Made by a program: the position numbers and the translations under genes. Source: a virus (lineage: Duplodnaviria; Caudoviricetes). From it: a DNA stretch of 64,000 bases. The notes beneath the pieces were generated by a model. It saw nothing but the letters and a program-made list of their open reading frames with translations. It had not been told where the DNA came from and did not search any database. Below, piece by piece: positions 55,312 through 64,000 of the stretch; positions within the stretch are counted from its first letter, which is position 1, and every line of letters begins with the position of its first letter. The stretch lies in the IMG/VR virus record IMGVR_UViG_3300020710_000008, positions 291 through 64,290 of that record; one strand, written 5' to 3'.

Positions 55312-56418
55312 TTACTTCTCCTTTGAAGAAATTACTACACCGTCTTTTATTTCCATTTTGATTACTGAATCCTTACGCTTTCGTTTGTCTTGCTTGGGGT
55401 CATTATCAGACTTCAGAGGAATCATATCATCCGTGTCTAGTTCCTTAATACTCTTCGGAGAGATTCTCCATTGCTCTCCGTGCTTTAAAATTACATCTTT
55501 ATACGATTTAATTTCAGGATCATCCTTGAATAAGACCTCCATGATAATTTGCTTAAGAACGAAATACAGAATAAAAATGCTCTTAGGCTTCTTTATATTC
55601 TCATCCTTAATTTCTTTTAATATGGTAGTTATCATATCTTTAGGGTCTCGGACTCCACTATACATTAGGCGTTTGGCTACAGCGGTAATAGTTTTTTGCC
55701 TACCAAACTTGACTTTTTTCTCTTCATTTTCGCCATGATTGTCCTCTTCTACTACATGAGGAGGACTATAGACAATATCTTTCTGAAGAGTCATGAGAGC
55801 TTCTTCAGTGAATTCCTCAACATATTCCTTCACCACATCTGAATAATAGAAAACTCTTTGCTCGGTGGGGACGTAGGATAAATCTTTTAGATTGTGGATG
55901 GGGGTCTCAATGAAGAGTCTTCTAGTCTTTAAATCAATAGAGATAAGGGCATAATCTCTCTCCATGTTAATTACTGTGCCACAAAAGCCACGGTCCAAGC
56001 CATCTAGAATACGCACAAATGAACCAATAACTATAGTTGTTGGGTCCATACGGAACCTATCTTCACAGTCTTTAATTAGCCCTTGAACATAGTCATCTTC
56101 TACCGCTAGAGCCTTATCAATTCTTTGTTGTTCACCTTCACATAGAATACCCAGAACTCCAGTAATAGTTCTGAACTTGGTTAGCTCCTTCTTAACATTC
56201 GTTCTAATAAATACATAAGAAGATGTTTGCAGTGTGTATACATTTAGGTCTCTTTCTCCAACAGGAATAAATACCTCGCAGGCACCACCTTTAATAATAT
56301 CCTTTAGGGCATTACCTATTCTACGGATAATGTTTTCAGCGGTCTTTTCAGATCGAATTTCCATTAAAAACCATTTTTGACCTACTAATTGACTTACATC
56401 CCCATAAACTAATATCAT
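55312..56418 (-). CDS. NusG/Spt5-like protein (NGN + KOW) with C-terminal extension
   Basis: WFLM...EVFIP...SYVFI...TGVLG; GSFVRILDG..RGF.G.V KOW motif. Confidence 0.65.
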   Translation of the reverse strand: MILVYGDVSQLVGQKWFLMEIRSEKTAENIIRRIGNALKDIIKGGACEVFIPVGERDLNVYTLQTSSYVFIRTNVKKELTKFRTITGVLGILCEGEQQRIDKALAVEDDYVQGLIKDCEDRFRMDPTTIVIGSFVRILDGLDRGFCGTVINMERDYALISIDLKTRRLFIETPIHNLKDLSYVPTEQRVFYYSDVVKEYVEEFTEEALMTLQKDIVYSPPHVVEEDNHGENEEKKVKFGRQKTITAVAKRLMYSGVRDPKDMITTILKEIKDENIKKPKSIFILYFVLKQIIMEVLFKDDPEIKSYKDVILKHGEQWRISPKSIKELDTDDMIPLKSDNDPKQDKRKRKDSVIKMEIKDGVVISSKEK

Positions 56419-57395
56419 ACTTCTCCTATAATTTCTGCACCAAGCATACCAGATAGTTCGCTGGGGCCAAGTTCACGAGGTTGAACGATTACACATCTAG
56501 GATTTACCGGTTCTTTAACCATAGATATTTCATGGAATTTCATATCAGTAGCTTCTTCAGAATTAGCTAGTTCTTTTAATAAAAGCGGTAGGCTTTCAGA
56601 TGGTAAATCCCTAGCTCCTTTCCATTTTAGAAAAATGGAGGTCACATTCTTATAATTACTGAGATGTTGGGGAATTGCATTATTAAAATACATTAAAGAA
56701 TAAGAGGTAAATAACTGATCTACTATATCATCAGCACTAGCCTCAATGGTTCTAACCAATTTTATAGCTTCAGGGAGTGACAAACTAAATAACTCTTTAA
56801 CTCGATTGTCCAGTTCTAGAGGTTCAAATCTGACAGACCCATTGATCTCCCCTCTCATGGCAGTTAAAGAGGCACCATGAAGCAGGGTTAATACTTTACC
56901 GGGATTGCCTTCGGCTCTTATACAAAGCTGGTATAACCCATTTAGGTCATAGTGTATAGATTTTTCTTGTGCTACTTTGCATATAAGCCCACGAAGGCTC
57001 TCCTCATTTAACAGACCAAGCTGGATTCTATAAGCTCTTGTCTTAAGGGTCTGAGGAAGTCTGTAATAATTTTGAGTTGTAATGACTACAAAATGCTTGT
57101 CAGAGTCAATCAGTTTCGCAATTTGTTCAGTTGTGGAATGATTAATATCCGCTATATTTTCTAGAATTAGGCATTCAGGAATATCAGCAATATCTAGCTC
57201 ATCGGGTCTGATTACAGCTACTTCCCCGAAGTGACTAAGGAAAATTTTAGCAACAGTAGTTTTGCCAACTCCGCTAGGGCCATCTATGATATAGGCCCTA
57301 GGAGCTAGTTCTTTTTTCAATAAAATAGCCCCTAAATTTTGAAGGGCTATTTTATTTCCAGCGATGTCGTTTAAAGATTGCGGCTTGTAAAACAA
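56415..57395 (-). CDS. Clamp-loader / Pol III gamma-tau-like AAA+ subunit
   Basis: Y.PQSL.DI.GN, GPSGVGKTT; Walker B and SRC motifs degenerate. Confidence 0.7.
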   Translation of the reverse strand: MFYKPQSLNDIAGNKIALQNLGAILLKKELAPRAYIIDGPSGVGKTTVAKIFLSHFGEVAVIRPDELDIADIPECLILENIADINHSTTEQIAKLIDSDKHFVVITTQNYYRLPQTLKTRAYRIQLGLLNEESLRGLICKVAQEKSIHYDLNGLYQLCIRAEGNPGKVLTLLHGASLTAMRGEINGSVRFEPLELDNRVKELFSLSLPEAIKLVRTIEASADDIVDQLFTSYSLMYFNNAIPQHLSNYKNVTSIFLKWKGARDLPSESLPLLLKELANSEEATDMKFHEISMVKEPVNPRCVIVQPRELGPSELSGMLGAEIIGEV

Positions 57396-57416
57396 GATCA
57401 GTCTCCAGTCTACTTC

Positions 57417-58715
57417 TTAACTCTCCATGGTTTCTTTAACAAGATTGAAATAACGGAACAAGGAAGAGTTCATTCCATAATACCAAAGATTCCAGTAATC
57501 CTTAACGGTGATGCTTCCAGTAGCCTTGATGAACTCTTTAAGAGTCTTCTTGAAGTTGTCTAGATTGATGCCTTTCACGATAAAGCCTGGATTATCAGGG
57601 GCTAAGGTATTTGAAGTAACTTCAATAGAGAAGTCCTTGATTAAGATCATCCTAGAATTACTACCTGAAACCTTCTCAAATAGGCGACAGAAGGTCATAG
57701 GAGCGCCGGAGAGGAGCAGGGTATGGTTGTCATCGTTCAGCATCTCTGTGGCCTCGTATGGGGTCTTGAGCGTTACTGTGGATGCCACGGTTGGGGCAAG
57801 GCGAACTGAAAGAGGACCACCAAAGGCAAGGTAGTCTTCCCCGCCACCATTTTCAGTAAAGGCGAAGTAGTTCTTGAGGATCTTTTCCATATAGGATTGT
57901 TCATTTGGTTCTACACCATTAACCCCATGCATACGAATTTCAGCAGCACGAGCATTGAAGTCATCATGGAACTCAGAGGCGTCTACTAGCTTACGGAGGA
58001 AGGTCTCTGTCCACTGAGGACCCATGAGGTATTCCTCTTCAGGTCTCCAGGCTTCAGTAGCAACATCTAGAGAGCCCAGAGTAAGAAGAAGGTCTCCAAC
58101 CACATTCTTAGAGGGAGAATTGATCCACACACGCTTGAGATTGAAGTCTACTACCACTTGGAACTGCTTGCGAGTAATAGTATCCAATTCCTCGACATCA
58201 GCAGTAATTTGCGCCTTAATGTCAGAAGGCTGATATTTGAAGGGGGAACCATAGGAGTAGGCCAAAGACTCCTTCTTAGAATTCATATCATGGACATCTT
58301 CCCAATCGAACCCAATCATCCAGAAAGCGTATACGCCTTCAGCAATTTTCCAGTTTTCGGGATTATTATCCCACAGTTTGTTATCTTGAAGATCAATAGT
58401 CCCTACACCTGGGTCCTCTAGGGTGTCATCTTCAGCATTATAGACCCAAGGCTTGTCTGTGAAGATAAGACGAAGAGCTTGGGGGTCTAGCACATCTGCT
58501 TTACCGGCCTTGTTAGCCACAATTTCTTCTACGTCACCAAGGCGAGGTTGATCAAATGGGGCTAGACCAATGGAATGATCATGGGTATTGAGAGCCTGTG
58601 CCTGTGCCTTGAATGGCATAAAATCCCAGCCATCAGCTTCAAGCTTGATCTTAAAAGCTTCTTCTTCAGATATTAGGGATAGGACTGTCCATGTCCCCTT
58701 AGCAAACATTGTCAT
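57417..58715 (-). CDS. Hypothetical protein (432 aa)
   Basis: Long ORF with GGAGG SD and TATAAT upstream. Confidence 0.75.
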   Translation of the reverse strand: MTMFAKGTWTVLSLISEEEAFKIKLEADGWDFMPFKAQAQALNTHDHSIGLAPFDQPRLGDVEEIVANKAGKADVLDPQALRLIFTDKPWVYNAEDDTLEDPGVGTIDLQDNKLWDNNPENWKIAEGVYAFWMIGFDWEDVHDMNSKKESLAYSYGSPFKYQPSDIKAQITADVEELDTITRKQFQVVVDFNLKRVWINSPSKNVVGDLLLTLGSLDVATEAWRPEEEYLMGPQWTETFLRKLVDASEFHDDFNARAAEIRMHGVNGVEPNEQSYMEKILKNYFAFTENGGGEDYLAFGGPLSVRLAPTVASTVTLKTPYEATEMLNDDNHTLLLSGAPMTFCRLFEKVSGSNSRMILIKDFSIEVTSNTLAPDNPGFIVKGINLDNFKKTLKEFIKATGSITVKDYWNLWYYGMNSSLFRYFNLVKETMES

Positions 58716-58893
58716 TAATTACCTCCACGGAAAAATTATAATTAGTTACGACTGAATAATCAGGGTCTTCATAGGCTAGTTTGAGTTGGGATATCAGAGA
58801 TTCTAACTCTTCTTCATTTAAGATGGTCGGCTCTTCAATTTTAGCTAGTAGAAAAACTTCTGGTGCTACTGGAAACATAACTGATTGTTGCAT
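58699..58893 (-). CDS. Hypothetical protein
   Basis: GGAG SD, operon packing. Confidence 0.5.
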   Translation of the reverse strand: MQQSVMFPVAPEVFLLAKIEEPTILNEEELESLISQLKLAYEDPDYSVVTNYNFSVEVINDNVC

Positions 58894-58896
58894 AGG

Positions 58897-59625
58897 TTAC
58901 TCCACTCCCTCCAATACTCGTTGCAGGGCTTCTTTTTTCACTCTGGTCTTCAAACAATCTGAAGGATCAGAGTCAGGACAAGTTAAGGGTACCACTTTCA
59001 TAGACTTAACCGTATAAGATAAAATTTGCATGGATTTATTGCCAGCTTCGTCATTATCATACATCAAGTAAATGGTCTTGACCCCCAGTAGTCTTAGATA
59101 TTCTTCATGCTTCTTTCCAATGTTTTTGGTCAAGGAAGACATGATAGGAAGATCGGGGGCCATAGCTTTGGCAGCAAGGATATCGAATGGGCCTTCCACT
59201 AGAATAACATAGCCGCATTGAATAATTTTCGCCAAAGTCTCGGGAGAATTACCTAACCAGATAGGCCCTAAGAAGTCTTCTTTACTAGTTCCAATAGAAA
59301 AATATTTAGAAGGCCCGAACATGGTGTGCAAGGGTTTAGTTTGAGCCCTAATTTTTCCTTCAGTGTCAATCTCAGGAAATACAAACATAGGCCCTGGAAA
59401 TAGTTTTTTAGGAATATAAAGGAAATTAAGGTCTTTAATGGGTTCGAATAATTCTTCTTCTGTTACAATCCATTTTCTATGTTCTATGATTTTTTGGGCC
59501 GTAACTTGAATAGGATTTCGCTCTAGTTTATTGTAAATCCCAACAGATCGCTCAATAAGTTTACCTACATCCTGCCACCAGCCTTCATCAGCCTTTAGTT
59601 TCAGAGCGTTCATCCAATCCCTCAA
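58897..59625 (-). CDS. TOPRIM-domain DNA primase (short form)
   Basis: ILVEGPFD.L, YLMYDNDEAG, DPSD. Confidence 0.8.
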   Translation of the reverse strand: MRDWMNALKLKADEGWWQDVGKLIERSVGIYNKLERNPIQVTAQKIIEHRKWIVTEEELFEPIKDLNFLYIPKKLFPGPMFVFPEIDTEGKIRAQTKPLHTMFGPSKYFSIGTSKEDFLGPIWLGNSPETLAKIIQCGYVILVEGPFDILAAKAMAPDLPIMSSLTKNIGKKHEEYLRLLGVKTIYLMYDNDEAGNKSMQILSYTVKSMKVVPLTCPDSDPSDCLKTRVKKEALQRVLEGVE

Positions 59626-59842
59626 TCTTCATAATACTGTCTTTATGGGCTCTAAATAGTAATCTGCCTTGAGCATCATAGCCTCTGATATGATCTTTAG
59701 ACTCTTCAATATGAGCAATTTCAAAATTCTCATAAACTTTGAATTTAAATATTTCCGTATCTTTCAAATTAGTAGGATCATAACGGCTAACTTCCATTGT
59801 CTTTATTCTCCAAAGTATCAGGAATTTTACGTTGCTCAACAT
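59588..59842 (-). CDS. Hypothetical protein
   Basis: Likely start at MEVSRY. Confidence 0.45.
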   Translation of the reverse strand: MLSNVKFLILWRIKTMEVSRYDPTNLKDTEIFKFKVYENFEIAHIEESKDHIRGYDAQGRLLFRAHKDSIMKIEGLDERSETKG

Positions 59843-60233
59843 TAGAAATCAACTGCTCCTTAGACTGTTCGTAAGCTTCAGGATCATCAAATTGGCCAAG
59901 TACCCAAAGTAAGGTTGCAATATCTCTATACTCTCTCAGCATTCTTTGTGTATTGTGAATATCATCAGAAAAATCTTGAGATAGCTCTTCCTTTGTTCTG
60001 GATGGCTGAAATAGTTTTTGGTTTAAGCAATTATCAGGGTCATCAGTACCACATTTTAGGCACTTGTAAGCACCAGTGGCTTCATCGTATCTGACAAAGG
60101 CACAGTTCTCCCCCTTAGGCTTCATTTTATTCTTGAAGAACCTTTTTTTATGCCTAGTTATAAGTTCCTTCAAGCGGTCAAGAATCTCTTTCTCGGTCTT
60201 GACCTTAATTTTTACTTCCGGATTTAAGTTCAT
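59787..60233 (-). CDS. Hypothetical protein with four Cys
   Basis: C...CLKC...C. Confidence 0.55.
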   Translation of the reverse strand: MNLNPEVKIKVKTEKEILDRLKELITRHKKRFFKNKMKPKGENCAFVRYDEATGAYKCLKCGTDDPDNCLNQKLFQPSRTKEELSQDFSDDIHNTQRMLREYRDIATLLWVLGQFDDPEAYEQSKEQLISNVEQRKIPDTLENKDNGS

Positions 60234-60840
60234 CTAGTTCTTCCTGGCGAAGCTCTCTAAGAAGCGGCCCGTTTTCTACAACAAACACTTTATCAGCAGA
60301 GGTAGCCAAGGCCGCTTGCTGAGTGATAGCTAATATACAATACCCATGTTCATCACAAAGCGTTTTCATCATTTCAGAAACTTTAGGAATAAATTCTGGT
60401 GATACATTATTCATAGATTCATCCAAAACGATTAACTTGGCTAGTTTGAATCTTTGAATCATAATGACACGAAGGAGGAAGGAGATAACATTGACCACCC
60501 CTCCACCAACTGTCTCTATGGGAGGAGCCGCGAATCCTCGTTTTTCCACAAGAATTTTATAAGACTCCCCGCGAACTCCTTCTTTTCTTTCAATGATTAG
60601 CTTGTAATCGTCATCAAAAATGAGTTTCAACCCATCAGAAACTACCGATTCAATTTTACCTATGCCATTGGCTGAAATGACTTGAATAGCCTTATCCATT
60701 ACCCCAATAGCTTTTGTATGTAGTATTTTATCGGCCTCAATAGATACTAATTTCGCCTTGTTCTTGGCTATATTAGATATGTGGTAACCGAGAAGAGATT
60801 CAGCCTCTTTTTTCTTGGCTCTTAGTTCAAGCATGGACAT
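60205..60840 (-). CDS. sbcC: SbcC/Rad50-like ATPase, C-terminal half (coiled coil, signature, Walker B)
   Basis: VGGGV signature-like motif, LIVLDE Walker B, ITQQ at the H-loop position, ADKVF; no Walker A. Confidence 0.75.
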   Translation of the reverse strand: MSMLELRAKKKEAESLLGYHISNIAKNKAKLVSIEADKILHTKAIGVMDKAIQVISANGIGKIESVVSDGLKLIFDDDYKLIIERKEGVRGESYKILVEKRGFAAPPIETVGGGVVNVISFLLRVIMIQRFKLAKLIVLDESMNNVSPEFIPKVSEMMKTLCDEHGYCILAITQQAALATSADKVFVVENGPLLRELRQEELDELKSGSKN

Positions 60841-60867
60841 AGCTACCCTCTGTAGCTAATACTCTAT

Positions 60868-63800
60868 TTAGCCCGGTGTGTAGTAAGCTCCGTAATTTGA
60901 ATAATCCGAATTTCCAAAAATTCCACTAGCGAACATCACTACACTACCTGATATGGAAGAAGGAACAGATATTGATGTTGTGTAAACTCCACTATTTACT
61001 GATTTTAATAAACTGAAATCAGTCGCTCCTTGTAGTTGCTGTTGTATAACAAAGCCAGTTACCATCTCAGGGAGGTCTTGAGTCCAAGATACAGTATATA
61101 AGGTATTATCCGTGTTACTAGGATCAGTTCCCTCATATGTTAGATCCAAAATAGGTGCTGGGGGAACTCCTAAATATACAACGTTAGAATAAGGTGATGC
61201 CCCATCTGGGTTAAGTGCCCTAATTTTGATAAGATAAGCTTCAGTGGTGGGGGGAGTAATATAAGCAGTTTGAATAGCACCCGAATTAATTTTTTGTATT
61301 AAAACAAAAGCGGGGTCTCCATAGGTTTCCCCCACCATCTCATAGGAGGAGATTAGGTCTGGCCTTAGTTCTGTCCAGCTTACGGGGTAAGTATTCACAG
61401 TTGGGGCAGAGACTGAGGCTACGGGAGTTGGGGGAAGACCAGAATAATTTATTGTATTACCAGTAAGAATTTCTCCAGTATGCACATTTGTATTTATTCT
61501 ATTAGTTCTATCCCAAGCACCAGTAGCAGTATCAACTGGTAAATCGAATAAGGTCTCAAAGGTGTCAGTGCCGTTAGTGGTTCCTACTAGTAATTTACCC
61601 AAGTGCAAGCTCTCTACACCACTGAATTTAACGAATTGAACATTGTTTGCCCCATACATTGAGAAAGAGGCAAGAGATAGCATTAAATCTTCTTCGATTT
61701 CAAATGTAGTTTCATTAATTTGAATTAAGAGCAAACCTACTGTAGAGTGGATTGCTATAACTCGCTTGTTATTAAATAAGCCATTAACCGTCATTTTAGT
61801 GATGTTATTTGGCCCTAAATAGGCCCCAACATTGATGGTATGCTGAGGATAATCAGAACAATTATCTGGTCCAGCTTGCTCATAACGACTGAGTAACCCA
61901 GTGTTATCCAAAACTAGAGTATAATCATTTTCAGTTTGCCAGCCATCAAGGATATTAGGAGATGCGTTAGGTAGCAGTCTCTTTCTGTAGTACATTTCAT
62001 TCTGACCTGTAACTAGAATGGAACTAGTAGATATGGCGGTTTGTCTATCGGAGCCTGAACTGGTAAGAGAAGTTCTGAGTCTGAAAAAATCAGATGAGTA
62101 ACTAGGGTAGGATGAGGTCCAGACTTCTGAGCTATTTCTGTTAGCAATAGTCATCTTAGCGCCGGTATTGTTGACCCAGAACATTCTAGAAGTCCTATTT
62201 ACGTCCAAGTAAGTAAGAACAACCGAAGGGACTGTCACGCTAATAACGGATACTACAGGAGAATTAACCCCATCATTAACAATTAGTTGAAATTCAAGAG
62301 TCTCCCCCAAAACTTTAGTGCCGAATAGACCCACCTCTAAAATAGGTCCGTTAGAATAGCCTATAACCTCTACGGGAGTGCCCTTTATTTGAGTCCAAGA
62401 ATAGGTTAAATCACCAATCGAGTCAATGATAGTGGGGATTAACAAAAGGGTCTCATTTCTTGTACCGGGTACCGGTAAAGGGTTACCAGATAGATCAGAA
62501 GGCCATGTTACTACTGGAGCCGCTTTAAATGGAAGAGAGACCAAAGCTGAAACTACAGATGGGGGATTAATTGGTGAAGAAAAAGTATTCAAATCTTGGA
62601 CAGATACTTGCACTTGGAAAGTCCTGGCCAGAGGGCCTATTGCTTTATCCACAGTAACTAGGGCTATGGGACTAGCACTACCTGTTGAAAGAATAGTAAT
62701 GTGATTTGGACTAATAGAAGGGTTTAGATTAGTAATATTCCAAGAAAAAGCCAGAGTATCATAATCTTGGTCAAAAGACCCAGAAGCGTCAAATATGGTA
62801 GGTGTATTTCTTTGAATTGTAGCAGTAGCTGGGGCTATGGCTCCGTTAGGGGGAACGTTCTTTTCAGAAACGAAATAAGGATTAAATGAGCCAGGAGTAG
62901 AGGTCCAATCTTCTACTATCACCATCCATTTAGAGTCTGTACCTACTTGATACTTTGTCCCTCTTATCCATGTCACAGAAAGAAGATTGAAGTGGCCAGG
63001 ACGATCTGTTAAAATAAAAGTTGCTGGATTTAAATCAAATACATGCATACTTCCATAAGAATCAGTTACATTTATTTTTCTTATGTAAGCCAATCTCCAG
63101 TTAAAAGCGGTATCTAGACATAGAGTTGGCTCTGCTATATTTTCATCAGTGAGAGTTTTAATAGTCCAAACCGTTCCGTTATAATAACCTAAGACCAGAA
63201 CAGACTGGAGAGTAAATCCTACTCGATTGTAATAGAGATGAGTAAACATTTTTATAGTAGAAGAGGCATGGTAGCCGACTACGGTTAATTTATCATCAAT
63301 CAAATCTCCAATGTAATTGTACACCGGAACTGGAGTCCCCCACACTCCAAGTGAGTTGTCCCTTGTTGTAGAGTAGATATAATGCAGGGTCTTATTTGGC
63401 ACTACTTCTTTTTGATGACTAGTATAAAGCAGTTCGGTTACACCATTAAGTGTGCTTAAACTTACAGCGCCAAACATATTACCAGAAAGCGATGGGGATT
63501 GATCCAATGTAAGGACATGTAACACTGCATTAAAAGAAGAATTTAAATGCAATTCTAAAATAGCATTGCCATCAATTTTAGGATTAATCGGATCTACTGC
63601 TGCCACTATAATAACAAAAGAGGAATCAGCTAGCTGGGTAATGTCATAAGCAGAACGGGTTCTACTACCTATAACAAGAGGAACTGGGGTAGATAGAATG
63701 TAGGTAGAAGGATTAAATTCAAACGCAACTAAATCAGATAGAGCATTATTAATTAAATTAGGTTGCATTCCAATAATGTAGATATTGGTTCCATCATAAT

Positions 63801-63999
63801 AAGATACAGGGTCAAATTCAGGATTGGGTAAAGCAAACTGATAGGATTTTACTGTGGTAAAAGTGACACCATTGTCAGAAGATTTGTATATGTGGAAAGT
63901 ATTGTCAGTCTGAGAGTTAGAAATAACAAATATGGTAACACTATCTGTCTGAATAAAAGATGAGTTACCAGTTAAATCTTCCCTGGTCCAAGGTTGGTT
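60868..63999 (-). CDS. Large beta-rich structural-type protein with PKD/REJ-like and FN3-like domains; 5' end beyond the window
   Basis: The track ORF (63768) extends in frame to the window edge (NQPWTREDLTG...). Motifs FDASGSFDQDYD.L.FSW, LTYSWTQI.G..LEFQLIVNDG, IRALNPDGASPYSN. Confidence 0.7.
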   Translation of the reverse strand, partial: NQPWTREDLTGNSSFIQTDSVTIFVISNSQTDNTFHIYKSSDNGVTFTTVKSYQFALPNPEFDPVSYYDGTNIYIIGMQPNLINNALSDLVAFEFNPSTYILSTPVPLVIGSRTRSAYDITQLADSSFVIIVAAVDPINPKIDGNAILELHLNSSFNAVLHVLTLDQSPSLSGNMFGAVSLSTLNGVTELLYTSHQKEVVPNKTLHYIYSTTRDNSLGVWGTPVPVYNYIGDLIDDKLTVVGYHASSTIKMFTHLYYNRVGFTLQSVLVLGYYNGTVWTIKTLTDENIAEPTLCLDTAFNWRLAYIRKINVTDSYGSMHVFDLNPATFILTDRPGHFNLLSVTWIRGTKYQVGTDSKWMVIVEDWTSTPGSFNPYFVSEKNVPPNGAIAPATATIQRNTPTIFDASGSFDQDYDTLAFSWNITNLNPSISPNHITILSTGSASPIALVTVDKAIGPLARTFQVQVSVQDLNTFSSPINPPSVVSALVSLPFKAAPVVTWPSDLSGNPLPVPGTRNETLLLIPTIIDSIGDLTYSWTQIKGTPVEVIGYSNGPILEVGLFGTKVLGETLEFQLIVNDGVNSPVVSVISVTVPSVVLTYLDVNRTSRMFWVNNTGAKMTIANRNSSEVWTSSYPSYSSDFFRLRTSLTSSGSDRQTAISTSSILVTGQNEMYYRKRLLPNASPNILDGWQTENDYTLVLDNTGLLSRYEQAGPDNCSDYPQHTINVGAYLGPNNITKMTVNGLFNNKRVIAIHSTVGLLLIQINETTFEIEEDLMLSLASFSMYGANNVQFVKFSGVESLHLGKLLVGTTNGTDTFETLFDLPVDTATGAWDRTNRINTNVHTGEILTGNTINYSGLPPTPVASVSAPTVNTYPVSWTELRPDLISSYEMVGETYGDPAFVLIQKINSGAIQTAYITPPTTEAYLIKIRALNPDGASPYSNVVYLGVPPAPILDLTYEGTDPSNTDNTLYTVSWTQDLPEMVTGFVIQQQLQGATDFSLLKSVNSGVYTTSISVPSSISGSVVMFASGIFGNSDYSNYGAYYTPG

Positions 64000-64000
64000 A

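Noticed and set aside
1-64000. Stop-codon reassignment
   Set aside because: Conserved genes (recA, thyX, helicases) are full length in the standard code. The breaks seen are frame changes or separate starts, not in-frame stops.

Overview
This 64-kb window is a gene-dense segment of a large dsDNA bacteriophage genome, inferred from gene content and operon style; host and taxonomy are not determinable here. Nearly all genes lie on the minus strand. The only credible plus-strand genes are two GIY-YIG endonucleases beside the ligase. The left half (1-34 kb) is accessory. It holds eight putative homing endonucleases (one frameshifted), a NAMPT remnant, an SF2 helicase flanked by repeat proteins, an RNA/tRNA-metabolism neighbourhood, peptidases and many small ORFs. 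That neighbourhood contains a PNK-like kinase, a 2H phosphoesterase, a nucleotidyltransferase/NFACT-R multidomain fusion, a metallophosphoesterase and a CCA-adding enzyme. The right half (34-61 kb) is a replication/recombination module: ThyX, SbcD, split SbcC, RecA, RuvC-like, SSB-like, SNF2 helicase, clamp-loader-like ATPase and TOPRIM primase. It also encodes hemerythrin, Nudix, an actin-fold protein and a NusG-like protein. A large PKD/FN3 structural-type gene runs off the right edge. The most notable observations are: (1) an NTase + phosphorothioation-associated domain + NFACT-R fusion beside tRNA-repair-type enzymes; (2) an NAD-dependent ligase split into two separately initiated genes by an antisense GIY-YIG gene, with no room for an intron; (3) SbcC split at the zinc hook into genes about 18.5 kb apart; (4) a recurring layout in which an AGTATAAT promoter sits in the loop of a hairpin that would sequester the downstream ribosome-binding site. 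No tRNA, rRNA, CRISPR array, intein or integrase was seen. All family calls come from motif recognition by eye; no database search was run.
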